The position numbers and the translations under genes are program-made. This document shows, piece after piece, positions 29,868-39,808 of a stretch of DNA of 64,000 nt. The notes under the pieces were generated by a model. The model was not told the DNA's origin. It did no database searches and was given only the letters and a program-made list of their open reading frames with translations. This DNA comes from Flavobacteriales bacterium (GTDB taxonomy: Bacteria > Bacteroidota > Bacteroidia > CAIKAF01), in NCBI GenBank assembly GCA_025451235.1, contig JANWKT010000013.1, positions 2,260 to 66,259 on the forward strand, written 5' to 3'. The stretch's first letter is position 1, and each line of letters opens with the position of its first letter.

Positions 29868-32084
29868 ATGAAATACTACCTGAGCCTACTGTTTTTGCTG
29901 ATCAGCGTTGGTTTATTAACCGCACAGAAAAACTTCACCATTGCACAGGCCACCTTGGGTCAAAACAAGGAGTTTGCCCCCAAAACCTATAGTTTCGTGA
30001 AGTGGAGAGGGAATACCCATGACTTTACTTATTTGGTGGGGTACGATACTTTGATGATCGCTGAAGAAAAAACAGGCTGGGGTTTCAGACCATTAAGTGA
30101 TTTATCTAAATTTAAAATGGCCTTGAATGGTTTTATCGTTGAACTTACAAATGGCATTTTCGGTGATGGGAAGGAGTGGAGCATAGAGAAGAACATTCCC
30201 TATTTCCCGTATAATTATGAGTGGATCTCGGATACAATCATGAAGGTAGACGTTGCAGGACCCAAATTGAATCATGTATTTGCCTTCAGCCCTTTTTCAA
30301 ATAGGATCACTGAGTTGTTTAACTATGACCTTTCTTCTTCAAATCCGAGCTATTCTCCAACAAATGGTGGAGTTGCGTATACCATAGAAAATAATCTTTT
30401 TTATAGTGGGAATGATGGCACCAGGACTTATTCCATTACAAACGATCAGGATAAAGGGATCGTAAATGGGTCCAGCGTTCATCGGCAGGAATTTGGAATT
30501 GACAAGGGCATATTTTTTTCCCCGAAAGGAAACTATATTGCTTATTATAGAAAAGACGAAACCATGGTGGCCGACTATCCATTGGTGAATACGGCTTCAA
30601 GAATTGCCTCCGCTAAAAACATCAAGTATCCGATGACTGGAGAAAAAAGCGAAGAAGTAACGCTGGTGATCTTTAGCCCTAAAGGACGCCAATATACCAC
30701 CGTAAAAACCGCAGGACCTGCAGAACAATATCTTACTTCCGTTACTTGGGATCCATCCGAAAAATATATTTATATAGGTGTCCTCAATCGTGATCAGAAT
30801 CACCTTCAATTCAATAAGTATGATGCTACCAATGGGAATTTTGTTCAAACCCTTTTTGAAGAAAAGCATGATAAATACGTGGAGCCATTAAATCCTCTCA
30901 CCTTCTTGAGCTCCCAACCCAACCAATTCATTTATCAATCAGCAAGAAGTGGTTATAATCATTTGTACTTATATGATACCAATGGAAAAATGATCAAGCA
31001 ATTGACCGGTGGTAATTGGATCGTGACGGATCTGATCGGCATGGATACAAAAGAGCAGAATGTTTATTTCATGTCGAATATGGATGAGGTATTGGGAAGG
31101 CATCTATGTATGGTGAATATTAAATCAGGAAAGATCACCCGTATTACTAAAACACCAGGAACCCATTCAGGTATACTTTCGCAAGATGGGTCGTTGTGGC
31201 TCGATTTTGTGAATAGTACGGATATTATCAATACCATTACATTGATACAAACCAAAACAGGAAAACTGGCAGCTCCGTTGGTAACTGCTACGAATACTTA
31301 TTCAGGTATCGATATGCCTAAACTGGAAATGGTGACCTTAGCGGCTGCGGATGGAAAAACTCCTTTGTATGGAAGATTGATCACTCCTCCCAATATGGAT
31401 CCAACAAAAAAATATCCAGTGATTGTGTATGTATACGGAGGCCCACATGCACAGCTGGTAACCAATAGATGGCTGGGTGGAGCTTCTTTGTTTGAATACT
31501 ACATGGCACAGCAAGGTTTTATCATGTTTACCATGGATAACCGTGGATCATCAGGAAGAGGAATGGAATTTGAAAATGTGATCCACCGCCAACTGGGGCA
31601 AAATGAAATGGCCGACCAGATGAAAGGGGTAGAATTTTTAAAATCGTTGTCTTATGTAGATGGTGATCGTATGGGGGTGTATGGTTGGAGCTTTGGAGGA
31701 TTTATGAGTACCTCTTTAATGCTCAACCATGGCGATGTATTTAAGGTAGGTGTGGCAGGTGGCCCTGTTTGTGATTGGAAGTATTACGAAATCATGTATG
31801 GTGAAAGATATATGGATACACCCCAGGATAACAAGGATGGATATGAGAAAACCTCAGTGATCAATAAGGCTGGTCAATTAAAAGGAAGATTATTAGTGAT
31901 CCACGGTGCACAGGACGATGTAGTGGTGATGCAAAATAGCATGGAATTCATCAATGCCTGCATTAAAAAAGGCAAGCAGGTAGATTATTTCTTATATCCG
32001 GATCATCCACATAATGTGAGGGGTAAAGACAGGGTGCATTTAAATACAAAGATCGCAGATTACTTTATTACTCATTTAAAATAG
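29868..32084 (+). CDS. S9B dipeptidyl-peptidase IV / prolyl tripeptidyl peptidase
   Basis: VYGGP, GWSFGG nucleophile motif, HGAQDDVV and HPHNV motifs. Confidence 0.95.
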   Translation: MKYYLSLLFLLISVGLLTAQKNFTIAQATLGQNKEFAPKTYSFVKWRGNTHDFTYLVGYDTLMIAEEKTGWGFRPLSDLSKFKMALNGFIVELTNGIFGDGKEWSIEKNIPYFPYNYEWISDTIMKVDVAGPKLNHVFAFSPFSNRITELFNYDLSSSNPSYSPTNGGVAYTIENNLFYSGNDGTRTYSITNDQDKGIVNGSSVHRQEFGIDKGIFFSPKGNYIAYYRKDETMVADYPLVNTASRIASAKNIKYPMTGEKSEEVTLVIFSPKGRQYTTVKTAGPAEQYLTSVTWDPSEKYIYIGVLNRDQNHLQFNKYDATNGNFVQTLFEEKHDKYVEPLNPLTFLSSQPNQFIYQSARSGYNHLYLYDTNGKMIKQLTGGNWIVTDLIGMDTKEQNVYFMSNMDEVLGRHLCMVNIKSGKITRITKTPGTHSGILSQDGSLWLDFVNSTDIINTITLIQTKTGKLAAPLVTATNTYSGIDMPKLEMVTLAAADGKTPLYGRLITPPNMDPTKKYPVIVYVYGGPHAQLVTNRWLGGASLFEYYMAQQGFIMFTMDNRGSSGRGMEFENVIHRQLGQNEMADQMKGVEFLKSLSYVDGDRMGVYGWSFGGFMSTSLMLNHGDVFKVGVAGGPVCDWKYYEIMYGERYMDTPQDNKDGYEKTSVINKAGQLKGRLLVIHGAQDDVVVMQNSMEFINACIKKGKQVDYFLYPDHPHNVRGKDRVHLNTKIADYFITHLK

Positions 32085-32139
32085 AAAATGGTAACCACCA
32101 AATAATATTTATATTTACTGGCAACCAATTTTCAAGAAG

Positions 32140-32700
32140 ATGAGAAAAATATATTTGATGATCATAGGGTTATTTTTATTAGCCTCCTGTGGTTCGAAGA
32201 AAGTTACTCCTGAAATATTTTTAATTCCGTCAGGTTATAGAGGAACGGTGAAGGTGGTTTTTAACGAACCCTGTGGAAGCAAAGAGAGCCTGGAAGGCAA
32301 CAAACGGCTATATATCATTCCCGAAAACGGAGTTTTGATCACTCAGTTCAAACAGGAGTTAGGCATCATTAACCAGGAGTATTATTATATCGATGCAAAA
32401 GGGGGCCGTCAATTGATCCCAAAAATGATGTTACAGGATTTTAATGAGGAAACCACTACGAAGATCAATGAGCATGAGCCATCGAGAGACCAGGTAGGCA
32501 TATTTCAATGGGGTACTACAGGTGAAATGCAAACGCAGGGAGAAGAAAAATTTAGTTTTTATATTTTCCAGGTAGGCACGTATACAGAAGTAAGAGATAG
32601 CTTTACCACCCTGTTTCAGGGCGATGGGATCTACGAACATAAGTTTGATTCGATCTCAAATGTGATGGTTCGTTTGTGCAGAACAGCTACGGTGAAATGA
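32140..32700 (+). CDS. Lipoprotein, DUF6843-like
   Basis: Lipobox LASC; FLIPSGYRGTV...YIIPENGVLITQ. Confidence 0.7.
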   Translation: MRKIYLMIIGLFLLASCGSKKVTPEIFLIPSGYRGTVKVVFNEPCGSKESLEGNKRLYIIPENGVLITQFKQELGIINQEYYYIDAKGGRQLIPKMMLQDFNEETTTKINEHEPSRDQVGIFQWGTTGEMQTQGEEKFSFYIFQVGTYTEVRDSFTTLFQGDGIYEHKFDSISNVMVRLCRTATVK

Positions 32701-33257
32701 GTTGGATTTAGGATCATTTAGGGGTTTAAATCCAATCTCTTTTCTTGGCTTAGGAGCTTCTTGTTTTTCAATTAGCTCGTCCAAGTAGGTAAAAACAAGT
32801 TCGATATTTTTATCGTGGTTGTCCAATTTCTTTTTTATCTTTTCTATTTCCAACTGCAAGGTGGTAGTATCCATTAGCATGGTCCTCATCTTTGTAAATA
32901 TTCTGATGATCTGAATATTTACCTCAATGGCTTTTTCGCTGTTTAAAACACTGGAAAGCATAGCTACTCCTTGTTCAGTAAATGCGATAGGAGCATATCG
33001 AATACCGCCTCTAGCGTTTGAGGTCGCAATTTGCGACCTCAAAATATTCCATTCATTGTTAGAGAGTTGAAACATAAAATCTTCAGGAAATCTGGTAGAT
33101 TACGCTTCACCTGTTCTTTTAACCTTTTGGTTTCAACCTCATAGAGTTTTGCAAGATCGCTGTCCAGCATTACTTTTTGTTCACGGATGATAAATATTTT
33201 ACTCGTAATTATTTCGTCAGTTATTTTTAGGTTAGTTGCCATTGGTTTTTTCTCCAT
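32656..33257 (-). pseudogene. ORF6N domain DNA-binding protein split by a 1-nt frameshift
   Basis: N-terminal half IREQKVMLDSDLAKLYEVETKRLKEQVKRN continues in another frame as RFPEDFMFQL...AFTEQGVAMLSSVLNS; the break is near 33095. Confidence 0.85.
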
Positions 33258-33329
33258 TTTGCTAATTTATTTGTCGGATTGACATTGAATAAAATAGAAA
33301 AAATTTTAATTGCAACAAACCGCCCTGGT

Positions 33330-33788
33330 CTATTCCACTTCAGCCGGCATTTTCTCTTTTAATAGATCGGAATGTACTTTGTATCCAAAGATCTTTATAA
33401 TACCTTTTTCTCGCATCAATCCAAATCTTTCGACTACTTCAGCCTTTTCATATACTACCTTGTATTCCAACTCATATTCACCTTTAGGATTGGTCCCTGC
33501 CCGTACATACGAGCTACCCTTGGAATATTCGTAGGAAGCGATATCTCCCAAATGGAACTGGACCTGTTTTAAAAAACTTATACTAGAATCTCTTGACTTT
33601 TCCTTCAATGCTTGTTCTGAGAACATATCAGTCGCTTCCTCAAAACTTTGGTTCATAATATTGAAATAAAACTTTTCTGCTATTTTCTGAGCATCTGCTA
33701 TATCTTCAGGACTGTTTTTTCGAATGGTGTTAAAGTGGCAGGATATAAGCATGCATGAGACGCATAAAAAAGTTATTATTTTTTTCAT
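33330..33788 (-). CDS. Lipoprotein, NTF2-like/DUF4019-like
   Basis: Lipobox LISC; AEKFY; YKVVYEKAEVVERF; start set at MKKIITF. Confidence 0.65.
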   Translation of the reverse strand: MKKIITFLCVSCMLISCHFNTIRKNSPEDIADAQKIAEKFYFNIMNQSFEEATDMFSEQALKEKSRDSSISFLKQVQFHLGDIASYEYSKGSSYVRAGTNPKGEYELEYKVVYEKAEVVERFGLMREKGIIKIFGYKVHSDLLKEKMPAEVE

Positions 33789-33804
33789 ACTTATTTTTAT
33801 AAAA

Positions 33805-34380
33805 CTATTTATCGTATAAATGATAATCATCAATATATTTCCAGACTTTTTCTGGCAATAAATGGGTAATGTCTTTTTTATTCCTGATGGCTTCACGGAT
33901 GGAAGTGCTGGAAATATCCATTACAGGAGCATCTACCATTTTCACATTCGGATGATCCTTGAATTTTACACCCGTTATATGGGGACGTGGATAAATATAA
34001 AGCATATATTGATCCAGGATCACTTCATAGTTTTTCCACCTGTCAAAACTTTCCAGGTTATCCTCCCCCAATATCAATACAAATTGATGGTCAGGATGTT
34101 TTTCCTGTAAACGGGCCAGCGTATGGATGGTATAATTAGGTTGAGGTAGGTCGAATTCAATTTTAGACACCCTGAACTTTGGATAATCATCGATAGCCAT
34201 TTGCACCAACTCTAATCTTTTATAATCGTTCAGCAAAGTTTTTTTGGGCTTGAGTGGATTATGTGGAGTAACAACGAACCATACCTGATCAAGGTCGGTA
34301 TGTTGAACAAAATAATCGGCCAGGAGCAAATGCCCGTTATGTATAGGATTGAAAGAGCCGAAGAATAAACCTATTTTCAA
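33805..34380 (-). CDS. nadD: Nicotinate-nucleotide adenylyltransferase
   Basis: GLFFGSFNPIHNGH, ILGEDN and ISSTSIR motifs; TTG start. Confidence 0.96.
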   Translation of the reverse strand: MKIGLFFGSFNPIHNGHLLLADYFVQHTDLDQVWFVVTPHNPLKPKKTLLNDYKRLELVQMAIDDYPKFRVSKIEFDLPQPNYTIHTLARLQEKHPDHQFVLILGEDNLESFDRWKNYEVILDQYMLYIYPRPHITGVKFKDHPNVKMVDAPVMDISSTSIREAIRNKKDITHLLPEKVWKYIDDYHLYDK

Positions 34381-34385
34381 GGCGG

Positions 34386-35627
34386 CTAGTTATTGGAGAC
34401 TTTTACCGTATCTTTTCTTTTTATATAGTTCTCATATATAAACCAGAACGTTGAGAATACGCCAATGCTCAAGCTTAGTACCAGCGTTAATACAAACCAA
34501 ACCTGGTACCACTCATAATAAAGTGCGTTTAATAGTACCGCAGCGAGTATGAGCCGGATGATTTCCAACGGGAACAGCTTGGTGCGATTTTCCAATATAT
34601 ATCCACAAGATTGAATAGTAAAAATAATCATTGACAACCCTGCAACTTTATAGAAAATCGAAAGATTTTCAAACTCTAAAATATATAACACTAACCCAAC
34701 CGCAAGTGCTATGAATTGAATGAGTACGTATATTCTCATGTTCAGATTAACAGGTGCAGCCTGTTTCTTTGGTTGTGAAGTATAATAATCCTGAATAAGC
34801 CCACCTAAATAGGCTGGACCCTTAAACATCAAAGTAAATTTTTTCCAAAACCCTTTTTCCTTTTTTGCACCTAATGCCATTTCCTTATAATAATGCATAT
34901 TCGCATAGACAGGATCAAGGCTGGTATGGCCAACTGTTATGCCATACTTAGGTTTTTCCACTTCCGGTTCAAAGGTCCCAAATAAACGGTCCCAAATAAT
35001 AAATACAGCTGCATAATTTTTGTCGATGTATTGTGGATTGGTGGCATGATGAACTCTGTGATGCGATGGGGTATTGAAAATAAACTCAAACCAACGGGGC
35101 ATTTTGTTGATGGCCTCGGTATGGATCCAATATTGAAACAAAGTAACAAAGCCGGTTACACCTGCTAATATTTCGGTAGGAACAATTAAAGCCAATGGCA
35201 AGAACATCCAGAACGAAAAGAACGAATGGAACCAACTTTGGCGCAAAGCTACGCTCAAGTTAAACTCCTCGCTTTGGTGATGTACTATATGTGCACCCCA
35301 CATTACATTCCATTCATGTCCAAAGCGGTGCGCCCAATAATAAATACCATCAAAAACAATGAGAGTAGCTATCCAAAGACCGGTGACTATATAAACATTA
35401 TCGAGAGGGATGCTGAACAAAGCAAAATGTTTGTAAATAAGGCTGTAAGCACCTAACATAACGAGTTTGGTAACAAGGCCAATTGTTTGGGATCCAATAC
35501 CAATATTCAGGTTTGTGATGGCATCATTAAAATTGTAGTATTTTTTCTTATTGAAATAACCTACCAGTAGCTCAATTCCAATGGTTAAAAAGAAAAAAGG
35601 AATGGCATATGCCATAATGCTGTCCAT
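34386..35627 (-). CDS. Sterol desaturase / fatty-acid hydroxylase family protein, alkylglycerol monooxygenase-like
   Basis: YYWAHRFGH, HIVHHQSEEFNLSVALRQS, WIHTE, TPSHHRVHH and WDRLFGTF motifs. Confidence 0.88.
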   Translation of the reverse strand: MDSIMAYAIPFFFLTIGIELLVGYFNKKKYYNFNDAITNLNIGIGSQTIGLVTKLVMLGAYSLIYKHFALFSIPLDNVYIVTGLWIATLIVFDGIYYWAHRFGHEWNVMWGAHIVHHQSEEFNLSVALRQSWFHSFFSFWMFLPLALIVPTEILAGVTGFVTLFQYWIHTEAINKMPRWFEFIFNTPSHHRVHHATNPQYIDKNYAAVFIIWDRLFGTFEPEVEKPKYGITVGHTSLDPVYANMHYYKEMALGAKKEKGFWKKFTLMFKGPAYLGGLIQDYYTSQPKKQAAPVNLNMRIYVLIQFIALAVGLVLYILEFENLSIFYKVAGLSMIIFTIQSCGYILENRTKLFPLEIIRLILAAVLLNALYYEWYQVWFVLTLVLSLSIGVFSTFWFIYENYIKRKDTVKVSNN

Positions 35628-35689
35628 AAAACCTACTTTATATGTAAAGATACCATTTTTTTTACTTTTACAGGATAAGATATAAGACA

Positions 35690-37207
35690 GTGCGCTACAT
35701 TTTATTTATTTTTAGTTTTTTCCTGGGCTATGCCGACGCACAGTTGTACCGTGTTTTTTTTACTGACAAGGGTGAGATCCATCAAGCTGATCTATCTGAT
35801 TTACCTGTACCCAGTCATTATATCCGCACAGTTGGCCAGCATTGCGATTCGGTTTGGATGGTATCGAACTGGCTCAATTATGCTTTAATTGAATCAAAGC
35901 AGTTTCCAGGAAACATTGCGGATCTTTCATTTGTAAAACAAATAGAAAAGGTAGAGCCGCTGAAATCTACATCGTTGCAGTCTAGCCAGATGACTTGTTC
36001 AGATGGGATCAATGAAAAAGATTCGGTAGATCCTGAAACCATGAATAAGCAGCGACAATGGCAGTTGGATACAATGGGATATCAATACTTCAGAGAAAAA
36101 AAAATAGATGGGACAGGAATTGTAATTGCCATTATAGATGCCGGTTTTAGTACCGCCAACGAAAGCAAGGCTTTTTCAGCTATATTTTCTAGCCATAGGG
36201 TTTTAAAGACCTACGATTTTATTGATGGCGATACCAATGTATTTCATGGATCCACTCATGGTACCAAAGTTTGGAGTTGTATTGCCGGAGATCTGAATGA
36301 TCAACCTACCGGCTTGGCCACTAATGCCTCGTTTATTTTGTTAAGATCGGAAGATGAAAAAACGGAAACCATGGCAGATGAGGATAGATGGATCCAGGCC
36401 ATTGAAATGGCATATCGGTCTGGTGCCCATATTGTAAATAGTTCTGTTGGATTTACGAACGTATTACATAAAAAATCGGATCTGAATGGAAAGACATTGA
36501 TCTCAGTGGCAGCGGATATGGCGGCAAAAAAAGGAATGTTGGTAGTAGTATCTGCCGGAAATGAATGGATCACTTCCTGGAAAACATTGGCAGTTCCAGC
36601 CGATGCAGAAGGTGTGATCACTGTTGGGGGAATTGACAAGGAAGGTCAACAATCCTATTTTAGTTCGGTAGGACCTACGGCTGATGGACGGGCTAAACCC
36701 GATGTGGTGGCACCGGGAACCTGCGTTACCGTGAAAGGAAATAGTTTTGTAATGAGCAGTGGAACTTCGTTTTCGGCTCCTTTGGTTACCGGTTACATGG
36801 CTTGTATGTTACAATTAAAAGGGAAGGATTTTACAAAAGATAGTTTGAAATATTATGGAGGCTTATATCCCTATTTTGATTATGTGTTTGGGTATGGAGT
36901 ACCTGGTATTAAGTTGGTTGATTCTAACAATATTGTACAATATACTTATGACTTCAAAATTGATAAGGTAAATGGAGTATTAGTAGAAAACAGGTATAGA
37001 TTTCCGGTTGCACATAAAGTACTGCTTAAGATTACTGACATAAATGGGGTTATTAAATTCAGCCGAAGAATTACTATTCCAAAATCATGTAAGTATAAGG
37101 TTCCACGGTCAGGAACAAAAATTCCATTTAACTATAGTAAATGTTATTCGTTTTCAAACACTGATACCTGGAGTATTTGGGATATAGGTGATTATTTTGA
37201 ATTCTAA
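35690..37207 (+). CDS. S8 subtilisin-family serine protease
   Basis: IAIIDAGF (Asp), HGT (His), SAGNE and SGTSFSAP (Ser) motifs. Confidence 0.92.
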   Translation: MRYILFIFSFFLGYADAQLYRVFFTDKGEIHQADLSDLPVPSHYIRTVGQHCDSVWMVSNWLNYALIESKQFPGNIADLSFVKQIEKVEPLKSTSLQSSQMTCSDGINEKDSVDPETMNKQRQWQLDTMGYQYFREKKIDGTGIVIAIIDAGFSTANESKAFSAIFSSHRVLKTYDFIDGDTNVFHGSTHGTKVWSCIAGDLNDQPTGLATNASFILLRSEDEKTETMADEDRWIQAIEMAYRSGAHIVNSSVGFTNVLHKKSDLNGKTLISVAADMAAKKGMLVVVSAGNEWITSWKTLAVPADAEGVITVGGIDKEGQQSYFSSVGPTADGRAKPDVVAPGTCVTVKGNSFVMSSGTSFSAPLVTGYMACMLQLKGKDFTKDSLKYYGGLYPYFDYVFGYGVPGIKLVDSNNIVQYTYDFKIDKVNGVLVENRYRFPVAHKVLLKITDINGVIKFSRRITIPKSCKYKVPRSGTKIPFNYSKCYSFSNTDTWSIWDIGDYFEF

Positions 37208-37242
37208 ACTTTTTAGTCCTGAAGCATGGTCAGGAATTTCAT

Positions 37243-37358
37243 GGCGGCTTCCCCGATAGCCCCGCCTGAATGACCCAATCGGGCAGGTATCAGGGCTCGC
37301 CCTTCGGGTTCTGCCGCCAAAGTCGGCCGCCATTCCGGCGCCTCCGGTCTCAGGCCGC
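37243..37358. repeat. GC-rich nested palindromic (REP/MITE-like) element
   Basis: CCCGATAGC|CCCGCCTGAATGACCCAATCGGGCAGG|TATCAGGG inside GCGGC...GCCGC ends; related to 49542-49559 and 53079-53140. Confidence 0.65.
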
Positions 37359-37474
37359 AACATCCTGGCCATTAAATACATCCATTTGTTTGAAAAGTCC
37401 CATGTTAAATTATCGGCCCCCGGTTTTTTCTTATCATACAATCCCTATCTTTATATAATCTAAAATTTGGTATA

Positions 37475-39742
37475 ATGAAAAAATCCCTACTCATCATTGC
37501 CTTGGGTTGTACATCAGCCTTATTTGCACAACAAAATTTTATATTTCAAAACACAGCCGGAGGTAAATTCACCTTCCTCTCAGGCGATGAATTTGCTTCT
37601 GAAATCGATTTCAACATCGGTGATGTGGTAAAAAAGGCCGTTACAACTCCCAATGGCACTCAATATATTATTTCAACAACTGATGGCACGCCTATCCTGG
37701 AAGCAGGATTCCCTGATTTACCTAAAGTAAATGCATCCATTATTGTGCCTGATGAGGAAAATATGCAGGTGCAGGTGGTTTCTGCTGAGTATACAGATTA
37801 TACTAATATTGATATTGCCCCTTCTAAAGGACATTTGCTCCGGACCATCAATCCTTCTGATGTACCTTATACTTATAACGAAGTATATAACAACGATATT
37901 TTTTATCCGTTCGACCTCGCTTATTTAAACCATCCTTATATTTTAAGAGACTACAGAGCACAAACAATCACTGTAAATCCAATTCAGTACAATGCGGTTA
38001 CCAAAACCCTGAGGGTATATACCCATATCAAACTAGCTGTTTCTGTTTCAGGAACGGAGGGAGAAAATGTTTTGGTAAGAAATCCTAATTCAACATCAGT
38101 TGAAAAAGAGTTCAACAGTTTGTATGGAACAAGGTTCCTGAATTATAATAACGCCTCCAGGTATTCCCCGGTGAATGATAATGGAAGTATGCTCATTATT
38201 TGTTATACCCCATTCGAAGGTTCCATGACACCGTTTGTTAACTGGAAGATTCAAAGAGGAATGAAAACGGTAATGGTGAACACTACTACCACAGGAACTA
38301 CTTCTGCAGCCGTTAAAACCTATATCCAAAATTATTATGCCACCAATCCTGATCTGAAATATGTTCTATTGGTGGGTGACAACGAGCAGATCAATACTGC
38401 ACAACCAGGTGGAGGTAACGGATTGGCAGGACCATCAGATAATTATTATGGATACCTAACTGGGAATGATGATTATCCCGAAGTATTTGTAGGAAGATTT
38501 TCTGCATCCTCTCCAACGCATGTGGCAACCCAGGTATTGAGAAGCGTTGAATACGAAAAAAATCCTTCTGTTCAAAGCTCATTTGGAAAAAGTGTTCATA
38601 TTGGTTCCGATCAAGGTCCTGGTGATGACAATGAGATGGATTTCGAACATCAGAGAAATTTACGTTCTCAACTATTAGGATATACTTATACCCTCGCTGA
38701 TGAATTTTATGACGGAAGTCAGGGAGGAGCAGATGCACCTGGCGATCCAGGTCCAATGGATGTAGCCGATGCATTGGATGCAGGTCGCGGGGTCATGTTG
38801 TATACAGGTCATGGTTCAGATCAAATGTGTGTTACCAGTGGTTTTAGCAGTACTGAAGTTCAGAATTTACAAAATGCCAACATGCTTCCCTTTATTTGGT
38901 CGGTTGCTTGTGTTAATGGACAATTTGATGGTAATACCTGCCTGGCAGAATATTGTTTGAGAAGTACCAACGGTTCTGGTGCCCCTATTGGAGCAGTAGC
39001 CAGTTTAATGAGCACCATCAATCAATATTGGAACGAACCTATGGAAGGGCAGGACGAAATGGTGAACCTGTTAACCACTGTTGTAGTTGGATACGATAAA
39101 AAAACATTTGGTGCCATTTCCATGAATGGTTGTATGCAAATGAATGATGCTTATGGCAATTCGGGAATGGATATGACGGATACCTGGACCTGCTTTGGTG
39201 ATCCTTCATTATTGGTAAGAACTGCTACTCCTGTATCCTTAACAGCTTCTCATGTTACTGCTGATGTACCAGGTATTACTTCGGTAACAGTAACCAGCAA
39301 TGTAGAAGGTGGCTTTGTAGCATTAACCAGAAACAATACCATTTTAGGAACCGGAACTATTTCAGGTGGAACAGCAACGATCATCATGCCAGCAGCAGCT
39401 GAAGGAGATATCATCACAGTTACCGTAACGGCTTTCAATTATGTACCACATATTGGAACGTTAGCAATTACTTCTGCCGCAACAGGTGTAGGTGAAAATA
39501 TTTTACCAGGTATCAGTATCTATCCGAATCCTGCCACTGAATTCATTGCTATTCAAACTGTAAATGGAGCAACTGTGGATGGAATAAAAGTATATGATAT
39601 GAATGGGAAAGTGGTATATACCAATACCAATTCTGTTTCAGGATCTTATCATATTCCAGCTGAAGGATGGGCCAAGGGAACCTATCATGTTCAATTGACC
39701 TCTGTTGACCAGACTAAAACGTATAGAGTGGTATTGAAATAA
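37475..39742 (+). CDS. C25 family (gingipain R-like) cysteine protease with propeptide, Ig-like domain and T9SS CTD
   Basis: GFPDLPK and IAPSKG propeptide motifs; VLLVGD, VGRFSA, YTGHGS (His), SVACVNG (Cys), FGDPSL; CTD IYPNPA. Confidence 0.92.
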   Translation: MKKSLLIIALGCTSALFAQQNFIFQNTAGGKFTFLSGDEFASEIDFNIGDVVKKAVTTPNGTQYIISTTDGTPILEAGFPDLPKVNASIIVPDEENMQVQVVSAEYTDYTNIDIAPSKGHLLRTINPSDVPYTYNEVYNNDIFYPFDLAYLNHPYILRDYRAQTITVNPIQYNAVTKTLRVYTHIKLAVSVSGTEGENVLVRNPNSTSVEKEFNSLYGTRFLNYNNASRYSPVNDNGSMLIICYTPFEGSMTPFVNWKIQRGMKTVMVNTTTTGTTSAAVKTYIQNYYATNPDLKYVLLVGDNEQINTAQPGGGNGLAGPSDNYYGYLTGNDDYPEVFVGRFSASSPTHVATQVLRSVEYEKNPSVQSSFGKSVHIGSDQGPGDDNEMDFEHQRNLRSQLLGYTYTLADEFYDGSQGGADAPGDPGPMDVADALDAGRGVMLYTGHGSDQMCVTSGFSSTEVQNLQNANMLPFIWSVACVNGQFDGNTCLAEYCLRSTNGSGAPIGAVASLMSTINQYWNEPMEGQDEMVNLLTTVVVGYDKKTFGAISMNGCMQMNDAYGNSGMDMTDTWTCFGDPSLLVRTATPVSLTASHVTADVPGITSVTVTSNVEGGFVALTRNNTILGTGTISGGTATIIMPAAAEGDIITVTVTAFNYVPHIGTLAITSAATGVGENILPGISIYPNPATEFIAIQTVNGATVDGIKVYDMNGKVVYTNTNSVSGSYHIPAEGWAKGTYHVQLTSVDQTKTYRVVLK

Positions 39743-39767
39743 AATAAAACTCATTTTTAAACTGATC

Positions 39768-39796
39768 AGGACGCATAACCATGCGTCCTTTTTTTA
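39768..39796. terminator. Rho-independent terminator
   Basis: aggacgcat-aacc-atgcgtcct followed by a T run. Confidence 0.85.
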
Positions 39797-39808
39797 TGCA
39801 AAAATGGA

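Noticed and set aside
32656-33257. Prophage remnant suggested by the ORF6N domain
   Set aside because: There are no other phage genes or an integrase nearby, and solitary ORF6N genes are common in Bacteroidota.
37154-37458. Short ORFs 37154-37441 (-) and 37270-37458 (+)
   Set aside because: They are open only because they cross a GC-rich palindromic repeat, and they show no protein features.
37475-39742. PorU (T9SS sortase) call
   Set aside because: At 755 aa with an Rgp-type propeptide it is much shorter than PorU, and porV is not adjacent.
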